A DNA stretch of 64,000 nucleotides, from the NCBI RefSeq assembly GCF_009914755.1, contig NC_060937.1; one strand, written 5' to 3'. The notes under the pieces are model-generated. The model had not been told where the DNA came from. It did no database searches and saw nothing but the letters and a program-made list of their open reading frames with translations. Positions 14,109 through 25,825 of the stretch are shown here, piece after piece; positions within the stretch are counted from its first letter, which is position 1; every line of letters begins with the position of its first letter. This stretch comes from the human T2T-CHM13v2.0 reference genome, Homo sapiens. A program made the position numbers and the translations under genes.

Positions 14109-14720
14109 AAACTACAATGAGAGACATAATCTCATCCCAGTTAAAATGACTTTTTTCCAAAAGACAGGCAATAACGGATGCTGGCAAGAATGTGGAAAAA
14201 GGAGAACCCTCATACACTATTGGTGAGAGTATAAATTAGTACAACCACTATGAAGAACAGCATGAAGGTTCCTTAAAGAACTAAAAATAGAGCTACCATA
14301 CGATCCAACGATTCCACTACTGGATATATATCCAAAAGAAAGAAAATCAATATATTGAAAAGATATTTGCACTCTCGTGTTTATTAAAGCACTATTCACA
14401 ATAGCCAAAATATGGAATCAACCCAAGTGTGCAATAATAAATGGATAAAGAAAATTTGGTTTATATACACAATGAAATGTTATTCAGCCATAAAAAGAAT
14501 GACTGTGTGTCATTTGTGGCAACATGGATGAACCTGGAATTAAGTGAAATAAGCCAAGCAAAGACGACAAATATCCTATGTTCTCACTCATATGTTGGAG
14601 CTAAAACAGTGGATCTCATGAAAATACAGAGTAGATCTGTGGTTACCAGAGGCTGGGAGGGGTAGAGAGTAGGGGAGTATGAACAGACATTGATTAATGG
14701 GTACAGATATATGGTTTTAT

Positions 14721-14855
14721 TTATTTCGTTTTTTGTTGTTGTTGTTTTTGGAGATAGGGTCTTGCTCTGTTTCTCAAGCTGGAGTGCAGTAGTGCTATCA
14801 AGGCTCACTGCAGCCTCAACTTCCCAGGCTCAAGCAATCCTCCCACCTTAGTCTC
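14721..14855 (-). mobile_element. AluJ right arm and tail (first half of a split Alu)
   Basis: T/GTT tail then GAGATAGGGTCTTGCTCTG...GCTCAAGCAATCCTCCCACCTTAGTCTC; left TSD AGATATATGGTTTTAT. Confidence 0.9.
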
Positions 14856-15310
14856 AACACCAGCCCATAAAAGCAGCCAGGAGGGAGGCCGTGTCCTGCA
14901 GAGCCACAGAGGCAGAGCGCCCAAGACCATGGGAACCCACCTCTTGCATCAGCATGACCCGGAAGCGAGACATGGAATCAAAGGGAATCATTTGGGAGCT
15001 TTAAGATTTGACTGCTCTGCTGGATTTCAGACTTGCATGGGGCCTATAGGCCCTTTGTTTTGGACAATTTCTCCCATTTGGAATGGCTGTATTTACCCAA
15101 TGCCTGTACCCGCATTGTATTTAGGAAGTAACTTTCTTTGATTTTTACAGACTCATAGGCAGAAGGGACTTGCCTTGTCTCAGACGAGATGTTGGACTGT
15201 GGACATCTGAGTTAATGCTGAAATGAGTTAAGACTTTGGGGGACTGTTGGAAAGGCATAATTGGTTTTGAAATGTGAGGACGTGAGATTTGGGAGGGACA
15301 AGGGATGGAA
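14856..15310 (+). mobile_element. THE1 internal sequence, 3' part only
   Basis: AAAGCAGCCAGGAGGGAGGC...GAGATTTGGGAGGGACAAGGGATGGAA with polypurine tract directly before the LTR. Confidence 0.88.
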
Positions 15311-15668
15311 TAATATGGTTTTGCTGCATCCCCACCCAAATCTCATCTGGAATTGTAACTCCCATAATTCCCACGTGTTGTGGGAGGAACCTGGTAAGAG
15401 GTGATTGAATCACAGGGGCAGGTTTTTTCCTGTGCTGTTCTCAGTATAGTAAATGAGTCCCACAAGATTCGGTGGTTTTAAAACTGGAGTTTCCCTGCAC
15501 AAGCTCTCTCTTTGCCTGCCACCATTTACGTAAGATGTGACGCTCCTTCTTGCCTTCTGCCATGATAGTGAGGGCTCCCCAGCCATGTGGAACTGTAAGT
15601 CCATTAAACCTCTTTTTCTTCCCAGTCTCAGCTATGTCTTTATCAGCAGTGCGAAAACAGACTAATAC
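15311..15668 (+). mobile_element. THE1 (B/C-like) 3' LTR
   Basis: TAATATGGTTTTGCTGCATCCCCACCCAAATCTC...CCATTAAACCTC...GACTAATAC. Confidence 0.93.
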
Positions 15669-16844
15669 TGTTGTTCTGTTACGAGTTGCTGTAAAGGCTT
15701 GAGTTGATTGGCCTCCAGCCAGCAGGTGGCGATTTCAAGATAGCACCAGCTGCAGTAGTAGAAGGGGGATATAAGCTTGCCCTATGTTGGCCAGGATAAG
15801 TATTCAGGTTTCTCAGATGATGGACAGGGCCATAGAGCTCCCAAGAGTTTTTTTCTTTTGTATTTAGCTACCAGGGAAGGTAGAGAAAGATTGTCAGGTG
15901 GGGGCAGGGTTAGGCAGGTCTCAGCTCAGACTCCTTTGACGGGGCTTGCTGCAGCCACTGTGGGGTTTGGGGTAGTGGTTTGCAGGCCAGTGGAATTATG
16001 TTCCAAGGGGGGATTATGGCTGCCTCTGCTGTGTCATATATATTGCCAGGGAAGTGGGAGAAAGCCGGCAGTGACACATCTCACTCAGCTCCCAGGCGCC
16101 AGCAAGGCCAGCCTCACTCCCCACCATGCCCCGCCAACAGCACCAAGTTTACATCCAGGCAGCCAGCACTCAGGGCTGAGATCTTGCCTTAGACTACAAG
16201 CCTCCCTGCTGACAGAGCAAGCAGGGCTTTCCGGCCTTGCCCCTTCCCACCTCCCCGCACCACAGGCTGTGGCTTCTGTGCTCCTATCTGCACTTTTCAT
16301 TAATCTCTCTGGGTTCTGCTCAGGAAAATTCATGCTCAGTTGAAATTATTAAAAAGTCCAGCTAGAAGCTTTCTTTACCCTGTGGCCCCTTCCCAATTCT
16401 ACTGGCTGCCTTCCTCAAGGACCCCTATGAGATAAAGCCAGGGATGGTTTCCTGGGCTTCAGCTGGGGACTGGGCGTGCTTGCAGGGTACTTCCCGCTGC
16501 TTCTATGTTTCTATTTTGCTCAGCTCCCTAAACCCATTTCAGCTCTAGGTAAGGTTAAATCTTTCTCTCATGATCTGGATTTTCAGGTTCCCAGTGGGAA
16601 TGTGTACTCGGAGGCCGACTTTTCCTCTCACACTTTGGGAACTCACAGTTTTTCAGCTGTCTCACAGAGTTTGCAGCAGCAAGCCACCTCTTTCAAAGGG
16701 TCTGTGAATTTTATCAGTTTTCCTGATATGTTCCTGCAGTAATTCTTGGAGCAGAAGTTCACGATGTGGGTCTCCACATGCTGTTCCATTCGTCGAAGTA
16801 GGAACTGCACATTAGTCCTGTCTCCTATCCGCTATTTTGGCTCC
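15669..16844 (-). mobile_element. L1PB-type 5'UTR including the element's 5' end
   Basis: GC-richer block; reverse complement begins GGAGCCAAAATAGCGGATAGGAGACAGGACTAATGTGCAG, resembling the recalled L1PB 5' end; no ORF1 present. Confidence 0.8.
15719..15732 (+). promoter_or_regulatory. CTCF motif match within the L1PB 5'UTR
   Basis: CCAGCAGGTGGCGA versus consensus CCASYAGRKGGCRS; binding not shown. Confidence 0.45.
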
Positions 16845-16983
16845 TGGCTAATTTTTAATTTTTTCTTTTAGAGATGAGGTCTCACTCTATTGCCCAGGTT
16901 TGTCTCAAATTCCTAACCTCCATCAATCTACCTGCCTCAGCCTCCCGAAGTGCTAGGATTACAGGCATGAGCCACTCACCCAC
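16843..16983 (-). mobile_element. AluJ left arm (second half of the split Alu)
   Basis: CCTGGCTAATTTTT...GTGCTAGGATTACAGGCATGAGCCAC; right TSD AAATATATGATTTTAT. Confidence 0.9.
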
Positions 16984-17259
16984 AAATATATGATTTTATA
17001 CAAGAAATAATACATAGTGTTAGGCAGATTAGTAGGGTGACTGTAGTTTACAATATTCTATTGTACATTTCAAAATAGAAGAGAATAATTTGAATTTCTT
17101 GCATAAAGACAAATATTTAAGGTGATGCATATCTCAAGTACACCAATTTGATCTTTACAAACTATACGAATGTATTAAATTATCACATGTACCCCAAAAC
17201 TATGTACATCCATTATACATCAATAGAAATATTTTAAAAATTTTAAATGATGGCTCTTT

Positions 17260-18000
17260 CATCTCTCACTCCCAGAATGAAGTCAGTTTTGATGCCCAGT
17301 AAATTCCATCTCTTTGTTTTTCTCAGAAATATTCCTTCCTCCCCATTCCTGTTGTCCCTGCTTGCTTTGTTCCTTCAGCATTTTCAGTCTGACTCCTGCC
17401 CTGGCCTCATGACAGGTTTTTTTTTCCCTGGACTCCCATTCTGCTTCAATCAATTCTACCCTATCCCTTAGCCTGAATGATCTTTATAAAACATTATCCT
17501 CGTCACGAATATCCTGTGTTCAAAATCTTCACAAGTTTTCTACAGAATAAAGTCCTAACTCTTTCATATTGAATAGAGGTTTGGTCCAGTGTACCTTCCG
17601 TCACCCTGAAGGCATATTTGATGCCCCAGCCATACTGTGACTCAAAACATAGTTCTTGGATGTGCCTCATTGTTTTTTCCTGCTCTGTAACTTTGCAAAG
17701 GTTCTGCCTTTGTGCCTGAAATGCCTTCTGAAAATCCTGTCTCTGCTCACTTTTTGAGACTTTCCTGACATGTTATTTATTCAGTGGAAACTTCTTTCCT
17801 ACTGTCCACATCAGGCAGAGAGCTAGATGTTCCCAGTTCTATGCTCCAACAGCAATATGCTTGAACCTCAGCAAGGGCACTCACCTCCCTGTCTTGCAAC
17901 TGTGCATAGATCTGGCTATCCCAATAAATTAAGTGCTGGTTAAATAAACCAGCTATGTATTATACACTTTTGAATCCACAGCAACAAGAGGCATTTGGTA
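17260..18000 (+). mobile_element. L2 remnants
   Basis: Pyrimidine-rich degenerate L2 motifs (TGATCTTTATAAAACA, AGAATAAAGTCCTAACTCTT, CCAGCCATACTG). Confidence 0.55.
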
Positions 18001-18139
18001 AATATGATTCAGCATATAAACATATCACATATGCAGTATCAGAAAAAAAATTCCTGGAGCATTGTGCCCTCCCAACTTACAACTCCTGTTATTTTGGCTC
18101 ACTATAGACTGCTTTTTGAGAAAAGATCACCTAACACTT

Positions 18140-18530
18140 TGTTAAAAGAAAAACTTTAGAAAAATTAAATTTAACAAAGTTTATTTGAGCAAAGAATGAT
18201 TCACAAATTGGGCAGCACTCAGAACCAGAAGAGGCTCAGAGAGCTCTGCTCTGTAACAGTGAGCAATGATTATTTACAAACAGAACAGGAGACTAAAGGG
18301 CACGAATAGCTTGATTGGGATACAGCTAGACATTTACCTTGTTTGGACATGGTCTAATCAGTTGGCTGCCCATACCTGGCTGAAACTCCGTTTCTTGGGA
18401 TTGGCTGAGACTCAGTTGTTCATCATAATCCTAAGTTAGGTTTTAGTTTGTGTATGTATGAAGTTAGGTTGCAGTTCATTAATAAAGGAATTCAAGGAGA
18501 GGAGATAGACTTGGGCCTAATTTAACAACA
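18140..18530 (-). mobile_element. ERV1 (MER4-group) solo LTR
   Basis: TGTTAAAAGAAAAACTTTAG start and TTTAACA end; ATTGG/CCAAT boxes; typical MER4-group terminus. Confidence 0.7.
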
Positions 18531-20544
18531 CACTTCAGCAATGGCACAACACAGTCAAGACAAATCCCTGAGGCTATAGAAGAGCAAACATACTAAGACA
18601 GGCATAATATATAAAGCAGGTTAGTTGCAGGAAAAATACAAGGAAGATTAATAAGGTCACTGTCTTATATTTAAGTGTCCCATAAAGATTTTTGTAGGAG
18701 GTTAGCATTATTCATAGGTCACTCTTACTGCTATATGAGACCAAACCAGTTTCTGAGCTTGCTATTTGTGGAACTGGTGGACTCTGTGGAGAGATTCTTG
18801 TAGCATGCATCTTTATTCATTGTATCCTGATAAGCATGGAGATTGGCTTCCTTTTGGCCTGAGAGTGGAAGATTATTTCTTTGGTATGTGCTTATATGGC
18901 TGTGTATTGAATAGGGGAGCAGAGAGGAGGAACACTGGTGCTTGGCATGCCATGTGAATCTCTGAATCTGCTGTTTGCAGCACTGGTTTTCCCCTAATGG
19001 AGAAGAGTTAGCGGCAGACACTGAAGGAAACAGTCAATAAAGTCGTGGTGTTCCTGTGCACACAGAGATACTTCCGTCCCCATGAGGCAGCAGTCACCAC
19101 CAGGAGAGAAGAGGCTGTTTGCCCACCAATTCTACTGCAGACCACAGGGACCAGACAGAACAATATGCACAAAGTCATGGAACTGAGGATAAAACAAGTG
19201 TTCCACAGTCACAGCATGTGGTGTTTGTTTGTGGGAGGGAGGGTGAAATTAATTAGGAAATGTTAATGCACAATAGAGTGGTTTTGCCATACTTTATCCA
19301 TCTTCATCATTTTCTTTTTTTTTTCTTCCCAGGATTAGAGGAATATCTTCTCTATTTTTTGCATTGCTGTTTCTAATTCATTTTCAGTTCATCTACTCTC
19401 ATGGTTTCTTCACTGAAAATGAATTAGAAATTACAAAAACTATAGATTTGTCATTTTCAACCAAATCGTGGTTTGAAACAAATTCTTGTCCTAGCAGCTT
19501 GCTGAATTTTAATCAAAATACATTTTTTTCAAGTTGGCGTCAGTGAAATTCTGTTGCACAAATGGTTTGGGGACTAACAATGACTCACTGGAAGCTCTCC
19601 TGGTGGTCCCTGGTGAAGCATGGAGATGCCCAGTGGGTACAGGAGCCAAGCAGCATTGGCACTGGCAGAGGGCAGTGGCAGTGATCAATGCACACACACA
19701 GAGAGAAAAACAAAACTAAGGAACAGGAGCAGGTTTTTCTTTTCTACTTACAGAAAACCCTCAGGGGATGCCCAAAAATATCTGAGGTAGTCTATATTGA
19801 AGAAGGTGATATTCTTATTTTCTTTTTCCCATACCGTATGGTTCGTATTTTAGGCAAGATTGGTATATACTCTGTGGGGGCCTTTTTCAGAAAGCAAGAA
19901 AAACATGTCATTAAAGGTACTAAAGCCTGAAGTTTTTTCCTTTCTTCCACAGTCTTTCAGTTTATAATGATGCTTTTTATTTGCTATTTAATGTCATTTT
20001 CAGAAAAATATTTACATTAGTATGAATTTTATTATTCTTCCTTTCATTATTCAATGCCAGTTTTAAATGCAAATGTAAGAATTTATAGTAGAATCAGCAA
20101 TATTATACAATTTATATTTTATAGTTTATACATGCATATGTACCTAGTTCTTGCCAGAAAAGAAGCTGTATAAAACTAATCAACTTTTTAAATTTTACTT
20201 TGGAATAAATGTACATTCTTTTAAGATGCTCTAACTTCAGTTTATTAGTGAATAAGAAAACACTTGAAAGGAAAAGGAATTATGAGTTGCCCTATCTTTC
20301 CCCTTCCTTCTGTGTCATCATTTTCATCATAAGTGTTTGGCTAATAAAGGAAAATAACACATACATAAAAGAAATATGATACAGTTGCTTAGTTGTTCAT
20401 GTTTGTTAAATTATCATTGCCTTCATTTTATACTTGAAGCAAGTTTGTTTTGCAAGAGAAAGCAAAGTCCCTCAGAGCTTTCAGCACACCCAGCCTATTC
20501 AGCAAGGGTAACAAAAGATCAAAGGAACAGATTAGAACGTTTCC

Positions 20545-20990
20545 GGAGAAACAGCCAAAAGTCAGAACAACCTAAATGTCCTTCAACTGAAGAAGAGACA
20601 AACACATTGTGGTAGTTTCATGCAATGGAATATTACTTGCCAATAAACAGGAACAAACTCCTGATATACGCATCACAATCGTGAATCTCAAAAACGTTAT
20701 ATTGAGTGAATAAAGCCAGACACACAAAAAAGCAGATACTGCATGAGTACATTTTTTATGAGGTTCTAGAACAGGAAAACTCAAGCTGTGATGATAAATG
20801 TTATCACAGATACTGTCTTCTTTGGAGTTAAGGGATGCCTAGACAACCACCTGAGGAAACATTCTGGGATGTTGAAAGTGATCTAGTCTTGACTGGGCTG
20901 GAAGCTATGTGGGTGTATCCTTTTATCAAAACTGGTCAAACAGTATATTTAGGACCTCTCAGTTTCACTCTGTATAAATAATACCTAGGT
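20545..20990 (+). mobile_element. Old L1M(E/C) 3' end fragment
   Basis: AACAACCTAAATGTCCTTC, ATGGAATATTAC, GAATCTCAAAAACGTTATATTGAGTGAATAAAGCCAGACAC. Confidence 0.8.
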
Positions 20991-21009
20991 TAAAAGTAAG
21001 TTACTTTGC

Positions 21010-23300
21010 ATTTCTCTTTCCAAAAATAATCAGTTATCTTGTGCCTTTTCTCTCCTAAGCAAATTTTAAAATCAGATTGTCAAATGCCACAAGAATTATG
21101 TTGGGATTGGGACTGAAAAAGCATTTAATTTGTTCATTTACTTAGGAGAAAACACATCATTACTATATTAAGTAATCCCCATTATATTTCTTGCTATTAA
21201 GGATTTCTTACATTAATTTCATTAAAGTTATCTCTATAGAAAATTCTCACATGACTATTAGATTTGCTTCTAAATTATTTACTGATTGGCTTATTTTCTT
21301 ATGCAAACTGATTTCCCCCACTTGATCTTGTTGATTCTTAATGGCATATAAGTTACTAATTTTTTTAAAATCTGGCCACCTTATTAAATGATAGTTATTA
21401 GTTCTCATAGTTTTCTAGTTGATCTCTGGATTTTCTGCATAGCCAGTTTTAATATTTGCCAACAGTGACAATTTTTTCCTATTACATATTACTTTATTTC
21501 CTTGCACCAGTTAGGATGACTACAATATTAAATAGTGCAGTATTAAATAGCAGTGGTATCCTTGTCGTGTTTATGGGAATATTTTTATTATTTCACTATT
21601 AAGATATTTGCTCTGTGTATCAAACAAGCCCATATCAGGTTAGGAAATTTCCTTTTATTTCTGGAAAAATTGTTTTTCTTTTTTCATATTGATTTAATTA
21701 AATTGACTAATAAATTGTTTTGGTAACTATCAGGATGCTCCTATTTTTCTTATCCCTTCAAAGGTTAGTGTAATTATCTGTATTAGTAAATATGTTAACA
21801 TTGAAACATATTAAACATATGAATTGCAAAAATAATCTCTACTGTTGATAACGTATTAGTCTTTTAACATGTGGGTAGCTTCCATTTGTTAATATTTTGT
21901 TTAGAAATTTTACATTAATCTTTACACTTTAGGTTGCTATTAGATTTCCATTTTCCTTCTAAAATTATGTCTGGCTTTGATATCAGGGCTATGCATTGGT
22001 TCTGGAAAGCTGCCAATTCTTCTCTACTTTTGAAAAGTTGAAATATTGGAAGAAGACTTGGCACAACTTGTCTATAGGATTATCTAGGCATTGTAACTTT
22101 GTTAAAGGTCACTTCTTTTTCAATTTCCCTTATGATTATTGGCCTATATAAGGTTTTAATACTCTTCCTCATCAATATACTAGGAAATCTTTCATTTCAT
22201 ATCCATTTTCAAATTTATTGGAATGTAGTTGTAAGGAGTATGATTATGTCTTTTTCTCATTTTTAATAATATTCTTATCATTGTTTTTCAACTTTTTTTC
22301 CAGAAAGTTTTGCTAATGTTGGTCTAATTTATTTGTCTTTTTGAAGAAATACTTTTTGGTTTTCTTCTTCAAGTTTGTGTTTATTTTTTAATCTCACAAA
22401 ATTCTGGTTTTACCTATATTATATGTTTCCTTCTACTTTTATTTTTTAACTTATTGAACTGAAAGTCTAGTCACATATTATCAGTCTATTTTAATCTAAG
22501 GAATACATATTATCAGTCTATTTTAATCTAAGGAATGCATTCTAAGATTACAGATTTTCCCTTGAATACTATTTTTCAGTTTAAATAAACGCTATTCATT
22601 TTTGGAATACATATTTTGATTTCTTATTCACCTCAAAATTTTTTGGAAGGTTGCATTTAAATTCTCAAGTGATTGGATGGGGGAGTGTTATCACTTTATT
22701 ATTAATATAGACTTTCATTATTTGTCACACACAGAATGTGAATTTTTTAATTCAGAACTGCAAAATTTATATTGCCTTGTGATGTAGTATTTGTGGAGAG
22801 TTTTTGTGACTGTCATCATGTTTGAATGAATGTGTATTATTCATTTTTTTATAAACATACTTCTATATGTAAATTAATTATTCAGGTTTTTTATATTTTC
22901 AATCATTTCCTTTTTTTGCTTTTTTATCTGTAAATTAAAATATGTGGAGTAAAATCTTTCACAATTACTTTTAATTAATAAAATTCTCCTTGGGTTTCAA
23001 GCGGTTTTTACTTTTAATATTTCAAAGTTATATAATGAAGTTAATAAATATTTATGGCTACTTACATATTCTTGGTAGATTTTTAACTCTCATCAACATA
23101 AAATATGATTTTCATTTGTACCTGTTTTCTTCATTTTGTGTTTGCCCAACATACCTTTTATTCCCTTTCAAATATTCTGCATATTTTAGAAGCAACTCTT
23201 GTAAATATTACGTATTTATTGTTTTTTATTTACCCTCTCACATTTATCATGTTTAACTACCTCTGACTTCTTTTATTCTTTAGAAATTTAGTGTTTTTTT
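21010..23300 (-). mobile_element. Highly degraded ancient L1 (L1ME-like) ORF2 region
   Basis: T-rich tract with antisense ORF2 motifs (GGTATCCTTGTC, TCTGGCTTTGATATCAGGG, ATTTCATATCCATTTTCAAATTTATTGG). Confidence 0.7.
22473..22536. repeat. Perfect 32-bp tandem duplication
   Basis: ACATATTATCAGTCTATTTTAATCTAAGGAAT x2. Confidence 0.95.
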
Positions 23301-23364
23301 CTTTTGCAGTTTCTCTCTGGAATGGGTTTTCTTTGTTCCATTTTTTAAACTCATTTGTACATTT

Positions 23365-23877
23365 TGTTGATAGACAATTTTCTATGGATCTCACACATTC
23401 ATGCACATTTTATGAACAAGGACAAGCCCTTTATTCCAAGCTATCTTTTAAAGGATGTTTATATGGTGAACATTCTAAGATGATAGAGATAGTACCTCTT
23501 CTCCAGAGCCAAGGGCAGCTTTGATTGCCGCATTAGAGGGTAGAGATAGTGTTTCCCTCTTAAGCAAACTGTAGACACATTTACTTCCCATTTTAAAAGA
23601 ATCAGGTATCCTAAGCTCATGATTTCTCTTCTGTAATTCAATCAATTGCATGTATCTCTGCAATGTGTCATCTGGTCCTCCTCTTCATGTCACCATCTGG
23701 CAACTGGAGCTCAGGTACCCCAGAGCAAATTGTTTATTTTACTTGCTTTGAGTAATAAAGTCCTTTGTCTCTGAGCAATGAGTTTTGTGTCTCCTACCAG
23801 CATCTATGAAACTGTGGCAGGCCAATTTGTTAGCCTGCAAATAAGGTAACATCTCAGATCCTTCACAGTTCATGGCA
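23365..23877 (+). mobile_element. LTR40-like ERVL solo LTR
   Basis: TGTTGATAGACAATTTTCTATGGATCTC...AAGGATGTTT...GAGTAATAAAGTCCTTTGTCTCTG...ACAGTTCATGGCA. Confidence 0.75.
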
Positions 23878-25301
23878 GCTTGTACCTGCAATTTCTAATC
23901 CCCTACTGTAATATTCCTAACATAAGATGTGGCTCTTGTCCATAGGGCCACTCTTGTGACTAATGGGGACATCTTGGGTATGTTCTCTTGAGGTTGAATG
24001 CCCATTAGCACCACCAGATCTTCTTAGGCTAGCATCAAACGGACTGCAAGAGTATGTGTGAATTTGAAAGTGTGAATTGGCAGGAATGGGAAAGTTCAGA
24101 AACATTAAGAGGGAGACAGCACTGGAGTGGGTAAGGCAGGAGGTGACGATTCCACACAAGAAGCTGAATATATCCTCAGAGCAGCAGTGGTATTGTGGCA
24201 CGCTAAGAGCCCTGGAGCCTGGACACCTTGAGGTCTTACATTTTCCAAGCTAACCAGGAGTCACAGGGCTCCAGAAGAGGGCAGGGGCCCAAGTCCAGCC
24301 CTGGTTTGGTTTCTCATCTTAGGCATGGGCATAATAACTGATTTGGACCTGAATGAAAATCCATGCTGAATTCCAGACCTCCTTTGTGAAAGCTTGTATG
24401 ACTTGAAACACCCATGGTTTGTGGTTCTATTAGTAGGCTAATAACAACTTTAAATCTAATTAGAGAGCCTCTGGTGTGAGAAGGGCAGCCTGGGTTCCGC
24501 TTACTGTAGAAAATGAAGCAGATAATAGCTGAAGAACAGAAATGTAAGCTGAGTATGAGTAAGAAAAAAACAGCCCCAAATTACTGGTTAAAATTTTTTA
24601 AAAGCTAGCCCTATATCTGTCCATGTGGCACAGACCAAGGCAAGAGTTCCTGACAGAAAATCACCTGAACCAGCAAATCCTGACTCACTGCTTTTCCTCA
24701 GAGGCAGATAGCCCACGAAGGTGCTAATGCCAAACCCAGGGGTCCACACCAGAGTCAAAGTATTAAGAGGAGATGCCTGGCACCAGCTCCTGCTGATGCT
24801 AAGGGAGACTATCTTGCTTTGAGCTTATGAAAAAGCAGTGACTGGCAAAGACTGGTACCATTAACCAACACTGGATGGGCTGAGCATTCCATGGCTCAGT
24901 GGCACTACAGGTTTCCATGTTGATGTGTCCTAAGGCTCTGAAACACACATCCTGCCAAGTATAGACTCTCCCTCTGTGCTTTTTCTGTTCCCTGTGCTTA
25001 TACTGCTACTTGTGTGGGTACTAAAAGCCCCTGCTAGTTTCTAAGCCTACTAGATTGCAGGACAAAAAGCAGAAAGACAGCAAGGATTGGAGCAACTGAA
25101 CAGATCACCGGTCCAAATATGAGAAATGAAATGAACCTCTCTCTCTTGCTGCCTTTGGAGGTAAATGTTTGAAGCCCTCTTCACTGCAGCAGCTGCTTGC
25201 TGTGAGATGTATGAACACAAGTGTCTGCAACCTTTGCCTTTAGAATGGTTGACCAAAACTTGGCTTTGGACATTTTGGGCTGAAGAATAGGGGCCAAGAA
25301 T

Positions 25302-25448
25302 GCTGGACAGTGGTAACTGCCTGTAATCCCAGCACTTTGGGAGTCAGAGGCAAGAGGATTGCTTGAGACCAGGAGTTCGAGACCAGCCTAAACAACATAG
25401 CAAGACTCTGTCTCTACAAAAGAGAAATTAGAATAATTAAAAAAATGA
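25302..25448 (+). mobile_element. FLAM / free Alu monomer
   Basis: Single Alu arm with GGATTGCTTGAGACCAGGAGTTCGAGACC; flanking direct repeat AAGAATAGGGGCCA / AAGAACAGGGGCCA. Confidence 0.88.
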
Positions 25449-25825
25449 AAGAACAGGGGCCAGGGAATCGTGCTAAATTGTTAATGGTGATTGTTAGAAA
25501 AGGCAGCCATAGAAATGAAGGGGTAGATTGAGACAGTACATAAACTATAATTACTTCTTTTTTTCATTACTGTAGCCATCACTATTGGATCTGTGGGACT
25601 GGATCTCATTGCCCATCTGAGAAAATGGTAAGCTCTGGGCCGGATACAATAACTACTGCAAATTTTGAGCTTACTTTTCTTCCAAGATGGCTCAAAAAAA
25701 TCCTCTTTCATTTCATACTTGCCACAGCAGAGGTGAAAGCAGAGATGATGAGGGTGGATGGTGACTGTTCCATACTCTTGGGAGACAGAAGAAGGCACCT
25801 TTAATGTAAACTTTATTACTGCTAT

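Larger units (their letters stand above)
11352..17244 (+). mobile_element. 5'-truncated L1MA (L1MA1-like) inserted in an L2 remnant and hosting several nested insertions
   Basis: Continuous degraded ORF2 from 11352 to ~14600; 3'UTR to 14720 resuming at ~16985-17244; TSD AAAGGATGGCTCTT (11338-11351) / AAATGATGGCTCTT (17245-17258). Confidence 0.92.

Noticed and set aside
15777-16343. 188-aa ORF (and ORF0-like idea)
   Set aside because: Chance frame on the antisense strand of a GC-rich L1PB 5'UTR with a non-ATG start and no recognisable domain
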